Shown one piece after another: positions 18,416 through 28,402 of a stretch of DNA of 64,000 nucleotides. This DNA is from an uncultured Saprospiraceae bacterium (GTDB lineage Bacteria; Bacteroidota; Bacteroidia; Chitinophagales; Saprospiraceae), in assembly GCA_937959275.1 (NCBI GenBank), contig CALGLU010000022.1:130589-194588 (forward strand). Direction: 5' to 3'. Position 1 is the first letter of the stretch. Every line of letters starts with the position of its first letter. The notes under the pieces are model-generated. The model worked only from the letters and a program-made list of their open reading frames with translations, was not told where the DNA came from and did no database searches. The position numbers and the translations under genes were made by a program.

Positions 18416-19882
18416 TTAGGACTGTTTCCAAAAATAAGTCGTAAATAAGATAAGCACTGTAAATATTTCTAAACGACCTATTATCATAATAACCGATAAA
18501 AAGACTTTTGGAAAATTGGCCAATGGAGCAAATGTATGCGAAGGTCCAAAGTCTGCAATGGATATGCCAACATTCCCAATACAAGTTGCTGTCGCTGCAA
18601 AACTACTGATGAGTGGTTGACTAAAATCTTGCATAAAAAAGGACATCACGATTGATCCAATAAAAAACGTGATAAAATAAAACAGAATAAATACCAAAAT
18701 ATGTGTGAGTGTAGCACCTGAAACTAAATGACTATCTAGCTTGAGGCGAATAAATGCCTTAGGATGTAAGATTCTTTTAAATTCATATAAGCCATTTTTA
18801 ATAAAGACCATATGACGAATAATTTTTATTCCTCCGCTCGTGGATCCTGCACAACCCCCTATAAAAAATAAGATGAAAAAGAAAACACTTGCTGGATGTC
18901 CCCAGGTGGTATAATCAACCGTCAGGTAGCCAGTCGTTGTTACCGCTGATACAACTGAAAATAAATTATATCGAAAAGCTTCTTCAAACGAAAAGTCTGA
19001 ATGAATATATAAAATAGTCGTAGAGATAACTAGGATGGCAAGCATGAGCCTCAAATAAAACTGTAATTCGTCACTGCTTAATGCGCGCTTAAATTTTCCT
19101 TTTAGAAAAAAATAAAGCAAGGTGTAATTGAGACTACCGATAAACATAAATAGAATAATAACGTACTCAAGGATAGGATTGTTAAAATGTCCTATGCTCG
19201 CATTTTTTGTTGAAAATCCACCTGTGGCCGCCGTTGTGAAGGCATGATTTATTGCATCAAATGAACTCAGATTACAAAAGCTAACAAAAAGGATGAAAAT
19301 TACGAGCGTGATACATAAGTACATATACCAAAGTCGTTTGGCAACTTCTTTAATTCTGGGATGTAGTTTTTGGGCTGTCGGTCCGGGGGCTTCTGCGACA
19401 AATAGCTCTACACCACCAATACCTAATATTGGAAATATAGCAACTGTAAACACAATGATTCCCATTGCACCTATCCATTGTGACAGGCTCCGCCAGATGA
19501 GAAGAGATTTTGGTAAGGATTCGACATCATCAAATATAGTGGCTCCTGTCGTTGTTAATCCTGAGGTGCTTTCGAATATTGCATTTGCAAAATTAATATC
19601 AAGTCCAGCAAATAAATAAGGTAATGAACCAAATAGGCACATCATGATCCAACTTAAGGCGACAATTAAATACCCTTCTCGCTTAGCTAATTTATTTTTT
19701 CCTTTAAATAATAAAAAAGACGGAACGCCGAATAAATAACAAATGAATATTGACAATAGAAAACCCATAGAACAGTCTTCCTGATAATAAAGACTAAAAG
19801 CGAAGGGGAGCCATAAAAATGTTCCTAACAACACGATGATAAAACCAATGGTTTTAACGACAATTTTAAAATTGATTCCCAT
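18416..19882 (-). CDS. trkH: Trk-type potassium uptake protein, membrane subunit
   Basis: 488 aa polytopic protein with repeated pore-loop-like TTTG/GGF segments (SGLTTTGAT, ATGGFST, VTTTGY, GCAGSTSGGIK). Confidence 0.9.
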   Translation of the reverse strand: MGINFKIVVKTIGFIIVLLGTFLWLPFAFSLYYQEDCSMGFLLSIFICYLFGVPSFLLFKGKNKLAKREGYLIVALSWIMMCLFGSLPYLFAGLDINFANAIFESTSGLTTTGATIFDDVESLPKSLLIWRSLSQWIGAMGIIVFTVAIFPILGIGGVELFVAEAPGPTAQKLHPRIKEVAKRLWYMYLCITLVIFILFVSFCNLSSFDAINHAFTTAATGGFSTKNASIGHFNNPILEYVIILFMFIGSLNYTLLYFFLKGKFKRALSSDELQFYLRLMLAILVISTTILYIHSDFSFEEAFRYNLFSVVSAVTTTGYLTVDYTTWGHPASVFFFILFFIGGCAGSTSGGIKIIRHMVFIKNGLYEFKRILHPKAFIRLKLDSHLVSGATLTHILVFILFYFITFFIGSIVMSFFMQDFSQPLISSFAATATCIGNVGISIADFGPSHTFAPLANFPKVFLSVIMIIGRLEIFTVLILFTTYFWKQS

Positions 19883-21222
19883 TAATTAAAAATAGATTCA
19901 AGTTTTTTTATACTCCCAGGCAGTGCAAATATGACAATGTTATCCCCTTGAATTAATTGAAAACTAGATTTTGGAATAATCCCTTTTTGATCTCTAACGA
20001 TGCCTACAATAACTGCATTCTTAGGAAGTCCTAGTTCTTTTATCGGTTTATGAGTTATGTGATTTGTATACTGAATATAAAACTCTATTATTTCTCCTTC
20101 AACACCATGGAATGACGCAATGGCTTTAACCTTGCCCGTCCGTACATGTTTAAAAATTTCATTTGCAGCTAATAATTTCTTATTAATAATTGTATCTATT
20201 CCAATGCTTTGTGATATATGCATGTAAGCTGAATTATCAACAAGTGAAATCGTCTTAACCACATTCTCTTTTTCTGCCATTAAACTCGATATGATATTCG
20301 TTTCAGAATTATCCGTTAAGGCAATAAAGGCATCCATTTGGTCCAGCCCTTCTTCCTTCAATAGAGTTGTGTTATTAGGATTTCCTTTAACGATGAGTGT
20401 GTTGTTGAGACTCTTCGAAAATCGTTTACAATTGCTCGTACCAGAAACAATAATTTTTACATTCCTTGAGTCTTCCAATGATTTGGCTGTGGCTAAGGCA
20501 AGCGGCGTATGACCTGTGATCATCACATTATTGATGCGATTTAGATCTCTACCAATATACCTATTCACAAGTTTAACACCTGATGCATCAGCAGCTATGT
20601 AGATGTGGTCGTCAACAAGAATAATATCGTCTTTGGGTACAATTAAGGTTTGATTATCTCTTAACACACAAACGACTTTCACATGATAGTCAGTAGACTC
20701 TTCATTTAAGTATGAAAAGGGCTTGCCTATGAGAGCTGAAGGATTATGAACAACAAACCCTAATAAAGAAATTAAGCCATTCTCTATCTCAAAAACGTCT
20801 GTTGCAGATACCCGATTGAGCAAGCGTCCAATCTCCTGAACAGCTAAGTCTTTGGGAGAGAATAATTCATCTACGCCTAAGTCGATAAAATGTTTTAGGT
20901 GTTCTGGGGCAAGATATTCTGCTGTGTTCGTCCGAGCGATTGTCTTCTTTGCACCTAATTTTTTGGCTAGTGAACAAGAGAGGATATTCGTCGTGTGACT
21001 GGTGGTGACAGCAATAAATAGCTGTGCCTCTGAGACATCAGCATTCACCAATATTTCTGGAGAACTACAATCACCAAGTATAGTGTTTACATCTAGATGC
21101 TGAGCAGCATACTCTAGGGCATCCTCGTCTTCATCCATTAAGATAATATCTTGTTCATTTTTGACAAGCATTTCTGCTAAATGAAAGCCGACATCTCCTG
21201 CACCTGCAATAACGATCTTCAT
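19882..21222 (-). CDS. trkA: Trk system NAD-binding subunit
   Basis: 446 aa with two RCK/TrkA-N Rossmann units (MKIVIAGAGDVGFHLA; VMITGHTPLAL). Its stop abuts the trkH start. Confidence 0.9.
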   Translation of the reverse strand: MKIVIAGAGDVGFHLAEMLVKNEQDIILMDEDEDALEYAAQHLDVNTILGDCSSPEILVNADVSEAQLFIAVTTSHTTNILSCSLAKKLGAKKTIARTNTAEYLAPEHLKHFIDLGVDELFSPKDLAVQEIGRLLNRVSATDVFEIENGLISLLGFVVHNPSALIGKPFSYLNEESTDYHVKVVCVLRDNQTLIVPKDDIILVDDHIYIAADASGVKLVNRYIGRDLNRINNVMITGHTPLALATAKSLEDSRNVKIIVSGTSNCKRFSKSLNNTLIVKGNPNNTTLLKEEGLDQMDAFIALTDNSETNIISSLMAEKENVVKTISLVDNSAYMHISQSIGIDTIINKKLLAANEIFKHVRTGKVKAIASFHGVEGEIIEFYIQYTNHITHKPIKELGLPKNAVIVGIVRDQKGIIPKSSFQLIQGDNIVIFALPGSIKKLESIFN

Positions 21223-21475
21223 GAAATCATTGATTTGATAAATGCTTCACGAGGATTAAGTAAAATCATTTAAGTCAGTGCCTCGTTGAATATGCATAAC
21301 AGGCGCAAATGTATGCTTAGTTTATTGCTAATTCAATACTTTTCTTAGTATTCTGTCACTTGAGCGTTTATAGATAAGTGCCTAATCTTCGGGCTTTTAT
21401 CAAATAAGTTGATTACTTTAGTTATAGTAGTAAAATAATGTAAAGCCAATTGCATTAGAATTGCCTTCTAGCAAA

Positions 21476-21511
21476 AAAGCCATATCAGAAGTGAATGTTT
21501 GATATGGCTTT
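21476..21511. terminator. orphan terminator-like hairpin in a divergent intergenic region
   Basis: A 12-bp perfect stem (21476-21487 / 21500-21511) with a 12-nt loop. On the minus strand it reads AAGCCATATCA-loop-TGATATGGCTTTTTTGC. On the plus strand it is followed by TACTTTTCTG. No CDS ends nearby. Confidence 0.4.
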
Positions 21512-21595
21512 ACTTTTCTGACTGGTTTTATTTCACATTTGTTTCCTATGTATTCGCAACAATTGTTATCTTACTAAAGGTCACAAATCTTTCCT

Positions 21596-24208
21596 ATGCG
21601 ACAAATATCTATTGTTTTAGTGCTTCTTATACTGCTCATGATTTTTCATTCTTGTGGATCAGAACAAGAAGAAAAAGAGATTGAATTTTCTCTGCCAACA
21701 GGCTTTGAATTAGAAGATCTTTATTCGCCATCTACATCTAGTCAAGGCTCTTGGGTATCATTGACTGAAGGAAGAAATGGTACTTTTTATGCTTGTGACC
21801 AATATGGAGATATTTTCAAGTTTCAAATGCCTGATATTGGAGCTACGTTGGATTCTCTGGACGTTGACTCTATTGATTTAAATATTGGTTGGGCACACGG
21901 CTTATTGTATGCCTTCGAAAGTTTGTATGTCGTTGTCGTCAAAGATGTCGATGAAGACAATCCGAATGATCCAACTAGTGGTGTCTTTCGTTTACAAGAT
22001 TTGAATGGCGATGGTGAGTTTGAATCACAAGAAAAGATATTGGATTTGGACGGGCAAGGGGAGCATGGCCCGCACACCTTGCGCGTCAGCCCAGATGGTG
22101 AGTCGCTCTATCTCATCGCAGGTAATTTTAATACGGTTCCTGATCATTTTACATCTAGATTGCCTCGGACATGGGGAGAGGATAATTTGTTTCCTCAATA
22201 CCTGGATGCTCGAGGACATGCTAATGATCTTGTTGCGCCAGGTGGATGGATAGCTAAGACAGATCCAGCAGGGCAAGCTTGGGAGCTTGTAGCTGCGGGC
22301 TTTAGGAATCCATTTAGCATGGGCTTTAATCAGGATGGTGAGCTCTTTGCGTATGATGCGGATATGGAATGGGACTTTGGCATGCCTTGGTATCGACCAA
22401 CCCGAATTTTACATGTGACGAGTGGAGCAGAATTTGGATGGCGGACGGGTTCTGGCAAGTGGCCGGTATACTATCCAGATAACCTCCCAGCTGTCCAGGA
22501 TATGGCGCAAGGCTCTCCAACAGCTGTGATTATGGGTAAGGATCTAAAGTTTCCTCAGCAGTTTAGAAATGGCTTATTTGCCTGTGACTGGAGTTTTGGT
22601 ACAATCTATTATGTAGACCTAAAACCAGTCGGGAGTAGCTATGAAGGATCGCGAGAAGAGTTTTTATCTGGTATCCCTTTACCGATCTCTAATGCGATTG
22701 CAGGAAGTGATGGGAATTTATATTTTTTGACTGGTGGGCGGCGATTGGATTCTCATATGTACCGACTCAGATATGTGGGAGAAGAAGCTATCGAAAATAG
22801 CTCTTTGACGGCGAACGAAGCAGTTAAAAACTTGAGGAAGATCAGACAGTCTTTAGAAGCATATCATACTCCAAATTCAAATGCTGATCTGTCAGAGCTC
22901 TGGTCATATCTGGATCATGAGGATAGACATATTCGCTATGCTGCGCGCATTGCTTTGGAGCATCAGCCACTAAGGTCTTGGCAGAATAAAATATGGAAAG
23001 AGAACAACACAAGTAAAGCTTTAGAGTCAAGCCTGGCTTATGCTAGAGCTGGCGGTGCGTTTAACCAAAAGATTGTTTCTGTTGTGACATCGTTTAATTG
23101 GGGACAGTTGTCCAATCAAGAACGGATTTCATTAACTCGAATTGTTGCTTTGCTCTTTATCCGAAACGATCCGCCTAATCAAGATTTAATTCAATCACTA
23201 AGCCAATACTTTGGACCACAGTATCCATCAAGCAATGATGCCTTAAATAGAGAATTGAGCCAACTGCTGATCAAACTCAATCATCCTCAAGCCGTAGCTA
23301 ACACGATGGCATTATTAGAAAAGACCAGTACAAAAATCATTGATGCAGATAAAGAGGTCTTGTCTACAGATATACTTGATAGGAGTGAACGATATGGACC
23401 TAAGATTATGGATATGCTGGCGAATATGCCACCGACAGAGGCCATACATTATGCCATGATTCTGAGTCATGCCAAAGAAGGTTGGACGAAAGAATTACGA
23501 GAGCAATATTTTGTTTGGTATGAAAATGCCTTTCAGAAAAAAGGTGGAAATAGCTACAAAGTCTTTCTTGATAATATGAAGTCAAAAGCCCTAGAACATG
23601 TGCCAGAAGAAGACTATGAATATTTTAGGGAGAAATCAGGCTTTTATTCTCCGTTAAAGAATTTGGCTTCGATTGCCCAACCGATTGGTCCTGGAGGCAC
23701 CTATAATCATTATGATATTGGAGATATTGTCAAATGGGGTGATGACCATCGCGATGAGTATAACGGCACAATTGCTGATGGCCAACGAGCTTTCGAAGCG
23801 GCATTGTGCTCTAGCTGTCATCGGATACATGGTGATGGTGGAGATAGCGGTCCTGATTTATCAAATATTAATACTCGCTTTAAACGAGGCGAAATCACAG
23901 ATGCTATCTTAAGTCCGAATGAAGAAATATCTGATCAATATGCCTTTACACGATTCGTCATGAAAAGCAATGAATCAATAGCTGGTCGCTTACTCGAAGA
24001 GACTGATGGCAGTTATATCATTTATCAGAGTCCGTATGATATGACGCAGACCACGGAAATTAAAAAAGATGATGTTGTCAAAAAATCCCTTTCGGCCATA
24101 TCTCCCATGCCTGCCAAATTGATCGACCGACTGAATGAAGACGAGGTCAGAGATTTATTTATTTACTTGCTGACAGGGGCTGATGAGGAACATGCATATT
24201 ATAATTAG
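21596..24208 (+). CDS. beta-propeller/HEAT-repeat protein with C-terminal cytochrome c domain (membrane-bound dehydrogenase-domain family)
   Basis: 870 aa. Signal or anchor at the N-terminus. Glucose/sorbosone-dehydrogenase-like propeller (GFRNPFSMGFNQDGELFAYD), HEAT-like middle (HEDRHIRYAARIALEH) and heme c site CSSCHRIHGDGG near the C-terminus. Confidence 0.8.
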   Translation: MRQISIVLVLLILLMIFHSCGSEQEEKEIEFSLPTGFELEDLYSPSTSSQGSWVSLTEGRNGTFYACDQYGDIFKFQMPDIGATLDSLDVDSIDLNIGWAHGLLYAFESLYVVVVKDVDEDNPNDPTSGVFRLQDLNGDGEFESQEKILDLDGQGEHGPHTLRVSPDGESLYLIAGNFNTVPDHFTSRLPRTWGEDNLFPQYLDARGHANDLVAPGGWIAKTDPAGQAWELVAAGFRNPFSMGFNQDGELFAYDADMEWDFGMPWYRPTRILHVTSGAEFGWRTGSGKWPVYYPDNLPAVQDMAQGSPTAVIMGKDLKFPQQFRNGLFACDWSFGTIYYVDLKPVGSSYEGSREEFLSGIPLPISNAIAGSDGNLYFLTGGRRLDSHMYRLRYVGEEAIENSSLTANEAVKNLRKIRQSLEAYHTPNSNADLSELWSYLDHEDRHIRYAARIALEHQPLRSWQNKIWKENNTSKALESSLAYARAGGAFNQKIVSVVTSFNWGQLSNQERISLTRIVALLFIRNDPPNQDLIQSLSQYFGPQYPSSNDALNRELSQLLIKLNHPQAVANTMALLEKTSTKIIDADKEVLSTDILDRSERYGPKIMDMLANMPPTEAIHYAMILSHAKEGWTKELREQYFVWYENAFQKKGGNSYKVFLDNMKSKALEHVPEEDYEYFREKSGFYSPLKNLASIAQPIGPGGTYNHYDIGDIVKWGDDHRDEYNGTIADGQRAFEAALCSSCHRIHGDGGDSGPDLSNINTRFKRGEITDAILSPNEEISDQYAFTRFVMKSNESIAGRLLEETDGSYIIYQSPYDMTQTTEIKKDDVVKKSLSAISPMPAKLIDRLNEDEVRDLFIYLLTGADEEHAYYN

Positions 24209-24217
24209 ACGGCGTAT

Positions 24218-25774
24218 TTAATTCTTAATAAATTTTTTGATCGCAAATATATCAATGCTCGTTTTCAGCTGTAAGAAATAAAGCCCAGATGCCATTGATG
24301 AAACATCAATCTTGCTTTTTCGCAAGGCTGTATTCTGTACATGTTGCCTCCCATCGATGGAATAGATTGAATAATAAATGGGTTCGTTTATGAGGTCATC
24401 TACATCGACTTGTAAAATATTATTTGTTGGATTCGGGTAAACTGCAATTTGATTCGAAAGAGTCAGGTCGTCATTCGATACAATAAAATCACAGGCGACC
24501 GATGGATTCTTTTGGTAAACTAATTCATCAGAATTGGAATAGCATCTAAATGGTCCGCCATCAGCGAAATCTGCAAATGTTGGAGGACTATGCCAAGGCA
24601 AAATGTACCTTGAAATGTTACCAATGTGTCTGACAATAGTGTCAATTTGATAATCTTCGACGTATTCTCCATCAAAATTTAAATAATCATAGCGAACAGA
24701 AAAATAATCATAAGCCAATCCCTCAATGCCTAGTTCTATCTGGCCTTTATCTTCAATCGTGTGCTTAACGGTAATATCGATATCCAAGTTTTCGAAATTT
24801 AGAATGGTATTAGTCCAACTGTCTCCAACATCCCCGCTAAAATTATATAAGGTGTCAAATTCATTGTTAATTAAGATTTCGACAAGATCATTTGAGCCGA
24901 ATATGATTATTGCAGATCGTTCTACTGTATCAATCGATTGAGAACCATCAGCGTGATTGATAAATACCTGTGTTCTCTTTAGTGTATTTGCCACTCTGTC
25001 ATTTATGAGTGTATCATTGCCATACTCAATTAAATGATATCCCAAGTCTCTCCAACCATTACTGTATTGATAAATCCAATTGGAAAATTTAGTCATCCCT
25101 AGTACAGACTTACTACTTAAGATGACATGAGAGTTGATGATGCTGTCGCAGGCAATTGATTCACTTCGATTAAATGTAAGCTCGCTATCAGAATAGCAGC
25201 GAATTGGCCCTCCTCTATGCCCATCTAGATCAGAATGAAATCTATCCCATGGCAATATGAATTGAGCTAGGCTCCCAATTCTTTCTACAATGGTATCTAT
25301 ATAAAATTGATTTTTAGGAAATCCTTCAATCGTTATATCGTACCTTCCATGTTCTTCAATGTCTACTACATACATTGATAAACTGTCTAGTCCAATAGTA
25401 TAGACACCTTTCTCTTTTACTGTGGATTTAATCCAAACAGACTGATACATGGGATCGATCGCATCATAAATAATCCAGCTATCGCCAATGTCTGCATTGA
25501 AATTATATAATGTATCCAACTCTCCCGATCGATACATTTGGACCAGTCCATTTTCGTGACAAGTGATTAATCTAAGATCATACAATTCACCTAAAACCTG
25601 ACATGTCATTTGATCAACAATCGTATCTTTTTCGTGAGTTAAGTCGATTAAATAATTACCACTAAGAGTAGAATGTTCGAAAGTCCAATTTGCTCCTGCT
25701 GGTGCCCATTCGATTTGTGCAGAAATACTATTTATACTAAAACACGATATTAATATGACGACGAGAGCTTTCAT
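24218..25774 (-). CDS. T9SS-sorted secreted protein with an internally duplicated domain
   Basis: C-terminal Por/T9SS sorting domain (VYPNPTNNILQVDV...SGLYFLQLKT). Two units of about 200 aa share DTLYNF..D.GDSW and IDTIV..IG.....ILPW...GGP.RCYS.S. The signal peptide begins at the ATG at 25774 (MKALVVILISCFSINSISAQ). The ORF-track start at 25822 is TTG. Confidence 0.8.
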   Translation of the reverse strand: MKALVVILISCFSINSISAQIEWAPAGANWTFEHSTLSGNYLIDLTHEKDTIVDQMTCQVLGELYDLRLITCHENGLVQMYRSGELDTLYNFNADIGDSWIIYDAIDPMYQSVWIKSTVKEKGVYTIGLDSLSMYVVDIEEHGRYDITIEGFPKNQFYIDTIVERIGSLAQFILPWDRFHSDLDGHRGGPIRCYSDSELTFNRSESIACDSIINSHVILSSKSVLGMTKFSNWIYQYSNGWRDLGYHLIEYGNDTLINDRVANTLKRTQVFINHADGSQSIDTVERSAIIIFGSNDLVEILINNEFDTLYNFSGDVGDSWTNTILNFENLDIDITVKHTIEDKGQIELGIEGLAYDYFSVRYDYLNFDGEYVEDYQIDTIVRHIGNISRYILPWHSPPTFADFADGGPFRCYSNSDELVYQKNPSVACDFIVSNDDLTLSNQIAVYPNPTNNILQVDVDDLINEPIYYSIYSIDGRQHVQNTALRKSKIDVSSMASGLYFLQLKTSIDIFAIKKFIKN

Positions 25775-25902
25775 GACTGTAAAACGTTCAAACATTTGAT
25801 CTTGCTGTTTATAGTAAACCAATCTATGGCACGCACAAACTAGTTAAAATGTCTATAGGTATATAGACTAGTCAGAATGAATAAAAAGTTGGTCGGGCTT
25901 CT

Positions 25903-27030
25903 CTATATTTCTAATTGTATAAGCTTTGCCAACTGATTTTGAGCTACTTTCTGAGGAGTTATTCGCAAGATCATATTTCTGAGCTTTCGGCTAATGGATG
26001 AATCGAGTTGTGCAATTTTTCCAATTCGCCAACTTGTATTAACAATTGTCTTCACCTTACGAATCCGTAATTTTTGAAACCGCTTAAAGGCTTCCGAGAC
26101 ATCGTTGTCTTTCAAACAATGTGCTAAAATATAAGCATCCTCAATGCCTTGTCCTGCACCCTGTCCCATATTGGGAGTCATAGCATGGCAGGCATCGCCG
26201 ATCAAACAAACATCTCCTTTATACCAAGTATTCTGCCAAGCTAATTGACTAATCTCTCCGCGATGAATTGTATCATCCGGAGTCAATCTTAATAAATCCA
26301 CAACGACAGGATGAAAGGAATTAAATCCTTGCTTCCAATCCTCGCCATCCCACTCCGAAACTGATGCCTTATATTTACTCAAAGCAAACCAATACACTTG
26401 TCGCTCATTAATTTGACCAAAGCCAAAACGCACACTTGGACCCCATGCTTCATTAAACTGATAAGCTAATGAGTCTGGCAACTGATAATCAACCACTCCC
26501 CGCCAACAGACCTGCCCAGCTTCTTGAATCGGGACTTCCCCAAAGAGCGCTGCCCTCACTTGCGAATGAATCCCATCTGCACCAATCAACACATCAACCT
26601 TATGCTTAGTCCCACCTGAAAATGAAAGCTCATTATCCGAAATTGACTCAACTCGTTTATTTAGATGTACCTGATCAGCATTTAATCGATTCAATAAGCT
26701 AGCTTGTAAATCCGCGCGATGTATGGCGATGTTTTTGACACCATATTTCGATTCGAAAGGAGAGAGGTCAGAACTCGTTAGTATGTTAAGCTGCTCGTCG
26801 ACTAGATTTAAATAGGAAACTCGTCGCCCTTTTTCTGAAAGCTCTTCTGCTAGCCCTAATTTTAGAAAAACTTGCATCGCATTATTAGCTAAAATAATGC
26901 CTGCACCAACTGTTTTAAAATTGGGTGCTTGCTCAAACACAGTATAAGGCGTTCCGCTTTTTTGTAAATGACAGGCAAGTGTTAATCCAGCAATACCACC
27001 ACCAACAATACTGACATGTCTGTCCATCAT
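25903..27030 (-). CDS. FAD-dependent monooxygenase (salicylate hydroxylase/UbiH-like class A flavoprotein)
   Basis: 375 aa. Motifs VSIVGGGIAGLTLA, GADGIHSQVR and LIGDACHAMTPNMGQGAGQGIEDA. Confidence 0.85.
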   Translation of the reverse strand: MMDRHVSIVGGGIAGLTLACHLQKSGTPYTVFEQAPNFKTVGAGIILANNAMQVFLKLGLAEELSEKGRRVSYLNLVDEQLNILTSSDLSPFESKYGVKNIAIHRADLQASLLNRLNADQVHLNKRVESISDNELSFSGGTKHKVDVLIGADGIHSQVRAALFGEVPIQEAGQVCWRGVVDYQLPDSLAYQFNEAWGPSVRFGFGQINERQVYWFALSKYKASVSEWDGEDWKQGFNSFHPVVVDLLRLTPDDTIHRGEISQLAWQNTWYKGDVCLIGDACHAMTPNMGQGAGQGIEDAYILAHCLKDNDVSEAFKRFQKLRIRKVKTIVNTSWRIGKIAQLDSSISRKLRNMILRITPQKVAQNQLAKLIQLEI

Positions 27031-28233
27031 TTAGATACTTTTTAATACATCAATTGTTTGATTGATATCCTCTTGACTTGAGTATATAGACAGGCCCATG
27101 CGCGTGACGCCGCCTTTCTCCTGCATGCCTAATCTCTCTGAGGCACGTATCGCATAAAAATGACCACTCCAAGCACAAATGTTTTCTGCGGCAAGTTTTC
27201 TGCACAACTCATCTGCACTGTAATCAGTAGAATAAAATGAAAGGGTTGGCGCTCTCTTGCCATTAAAGGATGGTCCGACAAGTTCATATTTTTCTGACCC
27301 ATTTAAGAACTCATAAAGTTCTTTTGCCAGCTCTCTTTCGTGCGCTTCTATGCCGGCAAGAGCGCGTATTAATTTATCTCGTAATTTATCTCCTTCGCCA
27401 GTACTTGCCATAAATTCTATAGAAGCTTTCACGCCTGCTAAAGCTGCATGATTCAATGTTCCCGTCTCAATTTTATAGGGCGCATGCTGATACGCCGTCC
27501 GCAATCTATCCGTATCTAACATATCTAATAAACCAGTCTTAGAATATAAAACACCAATGTGTGGACCATAGAATTTATAAGCCGAACAAAGAAGAAAGTC
27601 ACATCCTATGGCCTGCACATCAATACTAAAGTGAGGTGCATAGTGAACAGCATCCAACAACAACCACGCTCCGTAATTATGCGTGATTTTCCTTGCAAAA
27701 GCGACATCATTGACGGTGCCAGTATAATTAGAAGCCATTCCCATAGCCACTAATTTTGTCTTCGTTGATATCTTTTCTTTGAAGTCTTCGTAATCCAATT
27801 TACCATTCTCCGTTATGGCAATTTCTTTGATGATAATCCCAAGTTCAGCCAAACGCAGCCAAGGCCCTCTGTTTGATTCATGATCTAATTGAGTGATTAG
27901 AATCTCATCTCCTGCCTGTAGGTAGCGTCCAATGGCTCTGCTCAACTTGATGTTCATGCTGGTCATGTTGTGACCAAAAGAGATATTTTTTTGACTTGGT
28001 GCATTGAGGAATGCTGCGCAAGCATCGCGCGTAGCCAACATCATCTCATCTGTCTCTTGTGTCGTGATAAAGGCACCGTGAAGATTGGCATTTGACATAC
28101 GGTAATAATTGGAGATGGCATCAATTACTTTATCTGGCACCTGTGTTCCGGCAGGGCCATCTAGAAAGGTAAGTGGCTTGCCTTGATGAGTTCTCTGGAG
28201 AGAAGGGAATTGATTGCGGATTGTTGAATTCAT
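27031..28233 (-). CDS. class V aminotransferase / cysteine desulfurase-like PLP enzyme
   Basis: 400 aa. Class V fold pattern with the PLP-lysine context CSAYKFYGPH. Its stop directly abuts the start of the monooxygenase. Confidence 0.85.
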   Translation of the reverse strand: MNSTIRNQFPSLQRTHQGKPLTFLDGPAGTQVPDKVIDAISNYYRMSNANLHGAFITTQETDEMMLATRDACAAFLNAPSQKNISFGHNMTSMNIKLSRAIGRYLQAGDEILITQLDHESNRGPWLRLAELGIIIKEIAITENGKLDYEDFKEKISTKTKLVAMGMASNYTGTVNDVAFARKITHNYGAWLLLDAVHYAPHFSIDVQAIGCDFLLCSAYKFYGPHIGVLYSKTGLLDMLDTDRLRTAYQHAPYKIETGTLNHAALAGVKASIEFMASTGEGDKLRDKLIRALAGIEAHERELAKELYEFLNGSEKYELVGPSFNGKRAPTLSFYSTDYSADELCRKLAAENICAWSGHFYAIRASERLGMQEKGGVTRMGLSIYSSQEDINQTIDVLKSI

Positions 28234-28315
28234 AGTGCCTCAATTTAATGAATACAAAATAAGATAAATTCTGTCCATGGTCGATAGTCAATAGTCAATT
28301 GATGATTCTTTGTTT

Positions 28316-28379
28316 AACCAACAGCATTGACATATTTAAGTCTCGTTGGATCGGAGTCCAAAGAGGGCGTGTTTTAGAT
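28316..28379 (+). repeat. intergenic repeat family B, copy B1
   Basis: 51 of 64 positions are identical to 60261..60324 without gaps. The core is AACCAAC.GCATTGA...TCTC.TTGGA.CGGAGTCCAA.GAGGG.GT.TTTT. It contains a 9-bp stem (one mismatch) with a 6-nt loop. Confidence 0.75.
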
Positions 28380-28402
28380 CTATAATGTACAGCCGCAAAT
28401 TT

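Noticed and set aside
28350-28370. GGAGTCCAAAGAGGGCG resembles the RNase P RNA GGAAAGTCCGGGC region.
   Set aside because: The match is too short and inexact. The surrounding sequence lacks RNase P architecture, and the same string recurs at 60298-60316 as part of repeat family B.
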